From: Candidatus Eiseniibacteriota bacterium | GTDB taxonomy: Bacteria > Eisenbacteria > RBG-16-71-46 | DNA: 64,000 bases | NCBI GenBank assembly: GCA_963776245.1 | Contig: CAVZLN010000006.1 | Location: forward strand, 640,001-704,000 | Direction: 5' to 3' | In this document: piece by piece, positions 40,774 through 51,320 of the stretch | How positions within the stretch are numbered: the stretch's first letter is position 1 | How the letters are laid out: each line of letters starts with the position of its first letter | Notes under the pieces: generated by a model | Databases searched by the model: none | What the model saw: only the letters and a program-made list of their open reading frames with translations | What the model was told of the DNA's origin: nothing | Position numbers and translations under genes: made by a program

Positions 40774-42513
40774 CTACCGCACCACCGCGACCTTGGCGGT
40801 GGCACTCTCCCGGCCGCTGGCGTCGCGGGCGCGCAGGAAGTAGATGCCGGCGCGGATCCGCCCGCCCGCCGGCGGCAGCGCGATGGTGAACGCGTCGCGC
40901 CCACTGCCCGCCGACATCCGCCGCTCGCGCCACACCACCCGCCCCTGCAGGTCGTAGAGCTTGACCTCCAGCGCCCCCGCGATGGCGTCCATCACCTCGA
41001 ATGCCACCTGCGTGCTGGCCGGATTGGCCGACACCCGCAGCACCCACGGCCCCAGACCCTGCGCGGGCCAGCGTGTCGCGGGGCTGAGCCACTCGTAGCG
41101 CCGGTCCACGCTCTCGCGCCGCACGCGGTAGCGCACCATCCCGGCCGGCGCGGTGGTGTCGGTCCACGCCATCAGCGAGTCGGGGCCGGCGCGCACCCGG
41201 GCCACCTGAACGAACTCGCCATCGCCATCGGCGCGCTCGACCGCCCACCACGAGCGCGGGGCGGGTGTGGAGAGCGCCCAGCGCACCTCACGCAGGCGGC
41301 CGGCGGCGGCGACCTGCGGGGTGTCGGTGGTGGCGGTGGTATACGAGTGCAGCCAGCGCACCCCGCCCACGTAGTTGGACATCATCCAGGCCACCCATAC
41401 GTCATCCGCGCGGTCGCGCACTACAGTCGGCAGGCCTCCGTCGAGGGCTTGAGTAATCTCCTCGCCCACGCCGTAGCCCGAGTCGGAGGGTGCGCACACG
41501 CAGATGTTGAAGTGCCCGCGTCCGTCCTGCGCACCCCACACCGCCACCGGGTACTCATGTCGATCATCGTCACGGCTCAGGTCGGGGGAGTCTGACAGAT
41601 GCTGAGCGGTACCGTCGGTGTAGGCGCACGTGAGGCTCTCGGGGTCCGACCACACGCCGTCCCGATACGAGGTCAGAAGGATATGGGGGTCCCAGGTGCC
41701 CCACGCCAGCCACTGCCCGCCGCTCGGCCGGCGACGCAAGCGGGGCGCATTCGTAAAGTACTGGTAGGCTGGCACCAACTGACCGGTCCGTACCCAATCG
41801 TCCCCGCGCAGCTCGCCCCACTTGATGCCCTCGTAGTAGCCGGCCCACGCCACCAGCGCGGTGGTGTCGTCGAGGGCGCCCGCCGCCACGCCGTTCTCGC
41901 CCAGACCGACCACCGGGGCCTGCCGCCACGGTCCTTTGGCGTCGGAGTAGAGCACGCGCAATTCGCTGTGGCCCTGATCGTCGCTCACCGCGAGCCAGCG
42001 CCGGTCACCGCTCACCGCGCCGGAGTACTCGGTACGCACGTCCATGACCGTGGTCACGGTGTCGATCGGCGAGAGGCTGTCGCCTAGCACACGCGCCCAC
42101 ATCATCAGGTTGTAGACGTTGATTGGCCCACCACACCAGGTAAGATAGGTCGTTCCGGGCGGTGATTGGACCGGCCAAGGCGCCATTGTGATCTGGCCTG
42201 CGCGCCAGCGCTGGACCCATGCGGTATCTCGCCATCCGAACACGAATGCGTCGCCGGCTCTTGGTTGCAGGCGTCGCGCGGACGTAATCAGATAGGGCAC
42301 GCCTGTCGTGTCCACCTCCAGTCTGGGGGCCGACAGGTAGTCGAACCCAGTCACGGAGATGGGATAGGCAGGAGTCCACGCCTTGCCCGCAGTGAGCGCG
42401 AAGCTCGAGGGAGTCGCCATGAGGAGGATCGCGAAGCCAGTGATGCCAATACCGAGACCCGTCCGTATAAGGCACAGCGGCGAGACCGCCGCACCAGATC
42501 GCGCTGGCTTCAT
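40774..42513 (-). CDS. Secreted Trp-rich putative beta-propeller protein with Ig-like domain and T9SS/FlgD-like CTD (paralogue B)
   Basis: Hydrophobic leader ending in SFA; homologous to A over the full length; last ~210 aa nearly identical to A. Confidence 0.8.
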   Translation of the reverse strand: MKPARSGAAVSPLCLIRTGLGIGITGFAILLMATPSSFALTAGKAWTPAYPISVTGFDYLSAPRLEVDTTGVPYLITSARRLQPRAGDAFVFGWRDTAWVQRWRAGQITMAPWPVQSPPGTTYLTWCGGPINVYNLMMWARVLGDSLSPIDTVTTVMDVRTEYSGAVSGDRRWLAVSDDQGHSELRVLYSDAKGPWRQAPVVGLGENGVAAGALDDTTALVAWAGYYEGIKWGELRGDDWVRTGQLVPAYQYFTNAPRLRRRPSGGQWLAWGTWDPHILLTSYRDGVWSDPESLTCAYTDGTAQHLSDSPDLSRDDDRHEYPVAVWGAQDGRGHFNICVCAPSDSGYGVGEEITQALDGGLPTVVRDRADDVWVAWMMSNYVGGVRWLHSYTTATTDTPQVAAAGRLREVRWALSTPAPRSWWAVERADGDGEFVQVARVRAGPDSLMAWTDTTAPAGMVRYRVRRESVDRRYEWLSPATRWPAQGLGPWVLRVSANPASTQVAFEVMDAIAGALEVKLYDLQGRVVWRERRMSAGSGRDAFTIALPPAGGRIRAGIYFLRARDASGRESATAKVAVVR

Positions 42514-42576
42514 CGGGTGAGACTCCGTGTCGAGCACCGCCCCACTGCGGTGGGAGTCGCGCTGGAGGCGTAGCGA

Positions 42577-42615
42577 GATTGTACTTGCCCCCCCCCCCCG
42601 TACGTCGAGGAGAAT
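42577..42615. promoter_or_regulatory. Overlapping divergent sigma70-like promoter candidates containing a C12 tract
   Basis: Minus strand TCGACG-N19-TACAAT; plus strand TTGCCC-N19-GAGAAT; C12 at 42588-42599 sets the length of both spacers. Confidence 0.55.
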
Positions 42616-42767
42616 GCGCCATGGCGGCCCGGGCGATGAGTCTTCACGAACATCCAAGCACAGCAGCCCCCTGACGGTCGCCGCGTTCGCGCCACTCGCT
42701 CATCCGGCGAGACGGCGCGAGATGTCCCCGCGCAGCGTTTCCCATCGCGCCGGGTACGGAGGCCGCC

Positions 42768-45700
42768 GTGCAACGCAAACTCCTCAATCGCCTCGCCACG
42801 TTTCTTGTTCTCCTCGGTCTCGCGCCGATGGCCGCATTTCCCGGAGGCGTCGGGATCTCGATCCCCGCGCCCCCTGATTCGTCAGAGGGAGGCGGTGCAA
42901 CGTTCGAGGATTTCCACCGAGTGAAGCCCTCGCGCCTTGGCACCCGTCGGTTCCGCGATCTGGAGATGTGGCTCGACTACGCGTACACCGTGCGTGACAG
43001 CGGTCTGGGTGTGACGCAGGCCGAGGAGAACACGCTCGATCGCCTCGGCAAGGTGCTCGCCGATAGCGTGGGCGTCAATCCGTTCGGCATTCCCTATACC
43101 GACGTCCGCCTGGTCCACGACTACTTCAGGCCGGATTCGATCGCTCCCTATGACTCGGACCCCTATTCGCCCCACGGGTTCACGTACGGGGACAAGACAC
43201 AGTACATAAACGAAGTCATGGGCGAGCAGACACTGTCTGCCGACAATCGCGGTCATATTGACTACTACATTACGCGTCCCTGGGCCCATCAGACGGGGGG
43301 CCGGACCTACACAGGATGGGGCGAGTATCCGGCACGGTTCTTCACCGCCAAGGAGGACTCCTCGACCGGCAATTGGCGGGTCGGGATGCCTCCCGAGAGC
43401 GTCGTGGTCTTCGCATCGAACTCCGTGACGATTCCCGGGCCGGATGCGCCCAGTATCCTGTGGCAGGGTGGGATTGACTGGACGCGACCCGACGATGTCG
43501 CCAATTGGGTCTTCTCCCACGAGTTCCAGCATGGCCTCAACGGTCAGTTCGACCGTTTCAGCGGCCGACTCGACACACCCTGGATCGACGAGGTGCTCTC
43601 GAGCGGTGCCGAGTTGATCGCCGGGAACACGGACAAGACCTCGAGATTCGACATCCCGTACTCGCTTCCCCTGGCCACCACCCCGAACTACCCGGCGTGG
43701 CGGATGTTCAGCGGCTATCTCGGTGTGAACTTCCGGGGCCGCGACGTCTCTCAGACACCGGCCAGCATGCAGGACGATCTGCTGGGCCGCTGGGCGCGGG
43801 GGGAGCACTCGCTAGGGGGGCTCCGCGACTTGCTCGACAACGCGGTCTGCTACGACTGCTCGACCAGGACCTATTTCAATCCCCCCAGCCAGCCGCCGCT
43901 GGACAACGCCAGCCGCTTGAGACTGCTGCTTCACGACTGGCGGGTGGCGAACTATCTGAATCGCACCGACATCGCCGAGGGGCGCTATGGATACACGCCC
44001 GGGTTCGACTTCTCGCCATTCGTCGATGTCACGCCGTGGACCAACGCCGACACGACCTCACCCGACACTGAAGTGATCCCACCGACCATCATCGTGACCC
44101 CGGACCTGACCTACCGCTCGGTGAGCCTGCTCACGCGCCCGCCGTCTCGCCCGATGAACCTGACCACCTTCGGGGCGGAGTACTGGGTGCTGCGCGCCGA
44201 TGCGGCACTGGGCAGCACGAGCCAAGACCTGGTGATTCGCGTCACCCCCGAGGGGGCCCGGACGTGGACCGCACAGGGCGACGCGTGCACCAAGGCGGAC
44301 GACACCCTGCTGGGCTCGGTCATCCCTTACTCCCAACACCGGCTGGAGAATGGTGCGCTGGATTCGTTGTGGAAGCACCCGGAGTGGGCGGGCACGCCGA
44401 CCGAGCCCATTGTCGTGGATGTCGACAGCGCGGCGGGCGCGCTCCAGTGGGTGATTCCTTCATTCGGCACAACAACCAGGGCGGCGGTCGTGGTCCTCTC
44501 GCTCGCTGATGGCCCGTCCCAGGGCTACTCGGATCGAGCGCAGTCGTCCTACGGGGCGCAGCCGATGAGGTACAGGCTGTCGCTCGCGCTGCGGCAAGCC
44601 CCGTTCGACTCCATTGACGTCCGCATGCTGGCCCGCACCTCAGGCGCCACCGACGACCACCCCTCGTGGTCCCCAGCCGGGGACACGATCGCATACGAGG
44701 CGACCCTCCCCGTCCAGTCGTCGCTGCAGCAGATCTACCGGGTGCCGGCGAACGGAGGCACACCGACGCGCGTTCACGAACAGGACCTCCGGCAGTCGTC
44801 ACCCGACTGGTCGCCACGCGGCGACTGGGTGGCGTTCGAGGCCGAGTCGGTCGGCTTCTCCGGCATCTGGGTTCGCAGCACCACCAGCAGCGAGGCGCAC
44901 CGCGTCACGACCATGAATTGCGAGCACCACTGGCCGGTGTTCCAGCCCAATGGCCAGCGGATCGCCTACACCGAGTACGGGCGGCGGGTCGGCAACCAGA
45001 TCACGGAGAACTGGCAGATCCGTTGCGTGCGTCCCGATGGCACCGAAGATGCGGCACTGACCCCGCTGTTGGGCCAGGATCCGCCGATGTCCCTGCGCTG
45101 GTCGCCGGATGGCGCTTGGCTCTACTTCACCCGCAACGACTCGCTGTTCACGCTGAGTGCTGCCGGTGGGACACCCATCTTCAGGTCCGGCCTGATATCA
45201 AAGGCTGGCTCCGTCGATCCGCACCCCGCGGAGGACTGGTTTGCGCTCGAAGAGCCCGGCGCGTTCCGCGGCAAGTATGACTGCTCGACTGCGGCCAACC
45301 AGGTGACCTTCCGGCGTCTGGCGATCCGCGACACGTTGATCGATGACTCGGAGGCGCGCTTCTATCGCACCAGCGCCGAGTACTTCAATCCGCGCTGGTC
45401 GCCCGACGGGGTGAGGGTCGCCTACAGCAGCGACCAGAACGCCCCCGGGGACCGCGACGTGTTCATCGGGCGGGTCACCTACAACCACCCGCCGCAGTTC
45501 TCGTCGATCCCGAACGACACCGGCCTCACGGCGACGGTGCCGTACGCCCGGCCGCTCAGCGCCACCGATCCCGATGGGCAGTCGCTGACCTACCTCGCGG
45601 CCTATCTGCCGCCGGGCGCCACGCTCAATGGCAACATCTTCTCGTGGCTGAGCCCGGTCGTGGGGACCTACTACGTCGTCTTCCGCGTCCACGACGGCAC

Positions 45701-47023
45701 CGGCGGCGTGCACAGCAAGGTGGTCTGCTTCACGGTCGCCGAGTACCCCGGTGGGGGCTGCCCGTTCGTGGACACCAGGACGGCCAGCGGCTGGGTGACC
45801 GAGAACTCGGTCCTCGCCCGCGCCACCGACGGGGTGCCGCGTCTGGATGCCTACCGACTCAAGGCCACCCCACTGGTGAAGAACAGCCTCCTCACGCTGC
45901 GCCTGCGCGAGAACGAGCAGGAGTACACCGCGCTGGATCAGGTGCGGCTGGTGGCGGTGGACCACGCTCCGGCGGTGCGCGCGTTCGCGGCCGGCGAGCA
46001 GGTGTGGCTCGGCTCGCGGGTGCCGGCCGCGCGGGTGACCGACCAGCACGGCACCGATGTGACCGCGATGGTGGACGGCGAAGGCGCTGACTACTACCAG
46101 GGCCAGCCCGGCGACACGCTGTGGGTCGCGATGCTCGAGCGGCCGAGTGGCGGGTGCGACAGGAGCCCAGCAGGTGATGGATGGCGGTCCCGGCACCATC
46201 GACGATGGCGAGAAGGGTGGCGAGGGAGGCGGTGGTGGAGGCGGTGGTGGCGGCGCGGCCCCCGCACTCCCGGCGGCGGTGACGCGAGGCACTCGATGTG
46301 GCCGTGCTGGCGAACACGGGACTCCTGATCCAGGCGCCGGACGGTGCCGGAGACTGGCGCACGGTGGAGCACCGCTACCCGCGCGAGTTCTTCGACGAGC
46401 ACGTGCTGGACTCGCTGGGCACCGGCGAGCTGCGGCTGGTGTTCATCGGGCGGCATCGGGTGCGCTTCATCGGCCGGCTGGCAGGGGCGGAGAGCGCGAC
46501 GCCGGTGGTGCTGCCGCTGCGGACGGCGCGGCACTCGCGGCTGGGAGACGCGCTCACGGCGGTGAGCGCCGCGGCGGGGAGCGCGACGGCCCTGACGCCG
46601 GGGGACACGCTGACGCTCCAGTTCGAGTCTCCAGCGATTGCGGCGGGGATGGTGCGGGACCTGTTCCTGCTGGGACTGGGGACGTACTCGGCCAGTCGAA
46701 CGGCCCTGCAGGGGCTGGGCGAGAGCGAGGCCCGGGCCTTGCCGGCCAGCTTCGCGCTGATGCAGAACCAGCCCAACCCGTTCCACGGGACGACCACGAT
46801 CCGGTTCGCGCTGCCGGTGGGTGCCGAGGTGCGGCTGGAAGTGTTCGACGTGCAGGGGCGCCGGGTCGCGACACTGGCGCAGGGGCAGTGGGAGGCGGGC
46901 TATCACGCGGTGGAGTGGCGGCAGCGCAGCGAGAACGGGCGGCGGGTGGAGCCGGGGGTGTATCTCTACCGGCTGACCGCGGGTGCGTTCCGCGACCAGC
47001 GCAAGCTGGTGCTGCTGCCGTAA
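42768..47023 (+). CDS. Large secreted protein: HExxH zinc-metallopeptidase-like domain + TolB/PD40 propeller + Ig-like + Gly linker + FlgD-Ig/T9SS-like CTD (frameshifts at ~46140 and ~46290)
   Basis: GGAGG RBS and signal peptide; 'HEFQH...WIDE' (HExxH at 43518-43532); repeats PSWSP, PDWSP, WSPDG, PRWSPDG; 'ATDPDG..LTY....LPPGA'; 'GCPFV'; CTD 'NQPNPF...LEVFDVQGRRV...PGVYLYRL'. Confidence 0.82.
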
Positions 47024-47064
47024 CGACGCAGCCACCACCCGCGCGGCGCTGATCGTGCGGACAG

Positions 47065-47102
47065 GCCGACGCCCCGGTGGATTCCTCCGCCGGGGCGTCG
47101 GC
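47065..47102 (+). terminator. Hairpin after the large secreted gene
   Basis: GCCGACGCCCCGGTGGA-TTCC-TCCGCCGGGGCGTCGGC. Confidence 0.55.
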
Positions 47103-47287
47103 GCTCTGTGCCTGAAGGGGCTGAGCGACGGCGCCGCGGCTTGACACCTTCCGGGAGCGCGCCGACAGTCCCATCCACGACACTCACGCAGGATGCCGGA
47201 CGTCACGTCCGAGCCCGCGGGGCCGGCTCTCGCCCACGCTCGGCCCGCGGCGTCGTGCCGATCCTTCGCCGCGCAGGAGAACCCCGC

Positions 47288-48281
47288 ATGGATCCCAAGC
47301 GCCGTCCGCTCGTCCTCATCCCCGTCCTGCTGGTCGCCATCGTGATCGTCGTGGTGCTCCTGCGCCGCGGCGACCATGCCGGCACGCTCGAAGCCTCGGG
47401 CACGGTCGAGGCCGTCGAGGCGGAGCTGGGCTTCACGGTGGCGGGCCGCATCGAGGCGGTGCGCGTCCAGGAGGGCGACACCGTGAGGGCGGGCGACGAG
47501 CTGGCGCGGCTGGACCGCGCCGAGACGCTCGGGCGCCGCGACCAGGCGGCCGCCCAGGCGCTGGCCGCACGCGCGGCGCTGCAGGAGCTCGAGCGCGGCG
47601 CGCGACCCGGAAGAGCGCGCGCAGGCCCGCTCCGCCGCGCAGGCGGCGGAGGACCGGCTCGCCGACGCGCAGAAGGACTTCGATCGCGCGAAGTCGCTGC
47701 GCGCGTCCGAACTGGTGAGCGAGCAGCAGCTCGAGAAGGCCGGCACCGCGCTCGACCTCGCGCGGCGCCAGCTCGACCAGTCGCGCGAGGCGCAGCGCCT
47801 GGTCGAGGCCGGCCCGCGGCGGGAGCGCATCGCCGCCGCGCGCGCCACGCTCGCCGCGGCCGAGGCCGCGGTGCGCACGCTCGAGGCCACGCTCGCCAAC
47901 ATGGTGGTGAAGGCGCCGTTCGCCGGCGTGGTCACGGTGCGCCACCACGAGCCGGGCGAGATCGTGCAGGCGGGCGCGGCGGCGGTCACGCTGCTGGACC
48001 GCGACCGGCGCTGGGTGCGGATCTACGTCCCCGAGACCCGCATGGGAGCGGTCCGGATGGGACAGGCCGCCACGCTCTCCAGCGACACCTTCAAGGGCCG
48101 GACCTACCGCGGCGCCGTGATGTTCATCGCCTCCGAGGCGGAGTTCACTCCCAAGACGGTGCAGACCCGCGAGGAACGCGTGAAGCTGGTGTACGCGGTG
48201 AAGGTGCGCATCACCGGCGACCCCGGCCTCGAGCTCAAGCCGGGCATGCCGGTCGACGTGGTGCTCGAGGGCATCCCGTGA
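47288..48281 (+). CDS. HlyD/YbhG-type membrane fusion protein (frameshift at ~47607)
   Basis: 'SGTVEA', 'GRIEAVRVQEGD.V..G', a coiled coil, 'AP..GVV' and 'EAEFTPKTVQT.EER.KLVY.VKV...LKPGMP'. Confidence 0.88.
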
Positions 48282-49236
48282 GCGTGGACGGGCCGGCCGC
48301 CGGGACGCCGGGCGCGGCGGTCGAGGCGCTGGCGCTGGTGCGCCGCTTCGGCGCCGTCACCGCGGTGGATGGCCTGTCGTTCAGCGTGAGCCCGGGCGAG
48401 CTGTTCGGGCTCGTCGGCCCCGACGGCGCGGGCAAGACCACCACGCTGCGCATGCTCGCGGGCGTGCTGCGCCCGAGTGCCGGGGACGCGACGGTGTTCG
48501 GCACCCGCGTGACCCGGGACCCCGAGCGCGTGAAGACCTCGCTCGCGTACATGTCCCAGCGCTTCGGGCTCTACGGCGACCTCACCGTGGCCGAGAACCT
48601 GGCGTTCTACGCCGACCTGTACGAGGTGCCGGCCGCCGAGCGAGCGGCGCGTCTGGAGCGGCTCTATCGCTTCTCGAACCTGCGGCCGTTCCAGGACCGG
48701 CTCGCCGGCAAGCTCTCGGGCGGCATGAAACAGAAGCTCGGGCTCTCCTGCGCGCTCATCCACGAGCCGCGCCTGCTGCTGCTCGACGAGCCCACCTTCG
48801 GGGTCGATCCGGTGTCGCGCCGCGACCTGTGGATCATCGTGCACGAGATGGTGGCGCGCGGGGTCACCGCGATCGTCAGCACCGCGTACATGGACGAGGC
48901 CGAGCGCTTCGACCGGCTGGCGTTGATGCATCAGGGCCGCGTCGTGGCGCTCGACACCCCGCAGGCGCTCCAGCGCACGCTCGAGAACCGGCTGGTGGCG
49001 GTGCGCGTGGAGCGCGTGCGCGAGGCGCGCACGGCCGCGCTGCGCCTGCCGGGCGTCGAGAGCGCGGCGGTGTTCGGCGACTGGCTGCACCTGCGGGTGG
49101 CCGACGCCGCGCGCGAGGGCCCCGAGGCCGAGCGCGCGCTGCGCGCGGCCGGCTTCGCGGTCACCGGCGTGGAGGTCATCGTGCCCTCGCTCGAGGACGT
49201 GTTCATCGCGCGGCTCGCCGAGCGCGAGGCGGTGGC

Positions 49237-49240
<4 letters not shown>
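48278..49240 (+). CDS. ABC transporter ATP-binding subunit
   Basis: 'GPDGAGKTT', 'LSGGMKQK' and 'LLLDEPT.GVDP.SRR'. Confidence 0.93.
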
Positions 49241-50194
<954 letters not shown>

Positions 50195-50195
50195 C

Positions 50196-51320
50196 ATGGC
50201 GTCCGTGAACCGCACCCGGCTGATCGCGGTGGCGCGCAAGGAGGTGCTGCAGATCTCCCGCGACCCGCGCTCCCTCATCCTGGCGTTCGTGCTCCCGGTG
50301 TTCCTGCTGGTGGTGTTCGGGTACGCCATCACCTGGGACGTGCGCGACATCATCACGGTGGTGGTGGATCAGGACCACACCGCGAAGAGCCAGGACTTCG
50401 TGGACGCGTTCTCGGCCTCGGGCTACTTCCGCGTCACCCGGCACCTCGACCGCGTCGACGAGGTGCCGCCGCTGTTCGATCGCGGCGCGGCGCGGCTCGC
50501 GCTCGTCATCCCGCCCGGCTTCGAGCGCGACCTCGCCCACGGCCACGGCGCCCCGGTCCAGGCGCTGGTGGACGGCGCCGACGCGAACACCGCGACCATC
50601 GTGCTCGGATACGCGCGCGCCACGGTGCAGACGTGGTCGCAGCGCGTGTTGTTCGCGGGCCAGAACGTCCGCCCGCCGCTGATCGCCCAGAGCCGGGTCT
50701 GGTACAACGAACAACTGGTGAGCCGCAACATGATCGTCCCCGGGCTGGTGGTGACGATCATGATGATCATCTCGGCCATGCTCACCGCGCTCACCATCGC
50801 GCGCGAGTGGGAACGCGGCACCATGGAGCAGCTGGCCGCCACCCCGGTGTCGCGCCTCGAGGTGGTGCTCGGCAAGCTGCTGCCCTATCTCGCCATCGGG
50901 ATGATCGACGTCACGATGACCGCGGTGCTCGGCGTGGCGGTGTTCGGCGTGCCGTTCCGCGGCGACGTGGCCCTGCTGGCGGCGCTCTCGTTCCTGTTCC
51001 TGACCGGCGCGCTGGGTCTCGGCATCTTCATCTCCGCGGTGGCCAAGTCCCAGCTGATGGCGACCCAGTTCGCGCTGCTCGCCACCTACCTGCCGGCGTT
51101 CCTGCTCTCGGGCTTCATGTTCCCGCTCGAGACCATGCCCGCGCCGTTGCAGGCCATCTCCTTCCTGGTGCCGGCGCGCTACTTCCTGGTGGTGGTGCGC
51201 GGCATCTTCCTGAAGGGCGTGGGGCTCGACGTGCTGTGGCTGCAGGCGCTGCTCATGGTGGCGTTCGCGGTCGCGGGCCTCGGACTCGCGGTGCGCGCGT
51301 TCCGCAAGGAGCTGGAATGA
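50196..51320 (+). CDS. ABC-2 permease (YbhS-like)
   Basis: 'KE..Q..RD', 'FGYAI..DV', 'AREWERGTMEQL..TP' and 'LSGFMFP'. Confidence 0.92.
   Translation: MASVNRTRLIAVARKEVLQISRDPRSLILAFVLPVFLLVVFGYAITWDVRDIITVVVDQDHTAKSQDFVDAFSASGYFRVTRHLDRVDEVPPLFDRGAARLALVIPPGFERDLAHGHGAPVQALVDGADANTATIVLGYARATVQTWSQRVLFAGQNVRPPLIAQSRVWYNEQLVSRNMIVPGLVVTIMMIISAMLTALTIAREWERGTMEQLAATPVSRLEVVLGKLLPYLAIGMIDVTMTAVLGVAVFGVPFRGDVALLAALSFLFLTGALGLGIFISAVAKSQLMATQFALLATYLPAFLLSGFMFPLETMPAPLQAISFLVPARYFLVVVRGIFLKGVGLDVLWLQALLMVAFAVAGLGLAVRAFRKELE

Larger units (their letters stand above)
38775..41420. repeat. Near-identical ~650-bp direct repeat: 38775-39420 and 40774-41420 (offset 1999)
   Basis: The 3' ends of paralogues A and B align without gaps and with scattered substitutions, while the 5' two-thirds are much more diverged. 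Confidence 0.9.

Noticed and set aside
38775..41420. Diversity-generating retroelement TR/VR pair
   Set aside because: The differences between the repeats are not adenine-specific, both copies lie in full ORFs, the repeat is ~650 bp, and no reverse transcriptase is present in the window.
46210..46260. Gly-codon run as a contingency repeat
   Set aside because: Mixed GGA/GGC/GGT codons indicate an encoded flexible linker rather than a pure slippage tract.
38700..47110. Classical integrative mobile element
   Set aside because: No integrase, transposase, tRNA target or flanking direct repeats were recognised; only the compositional shift is evident.
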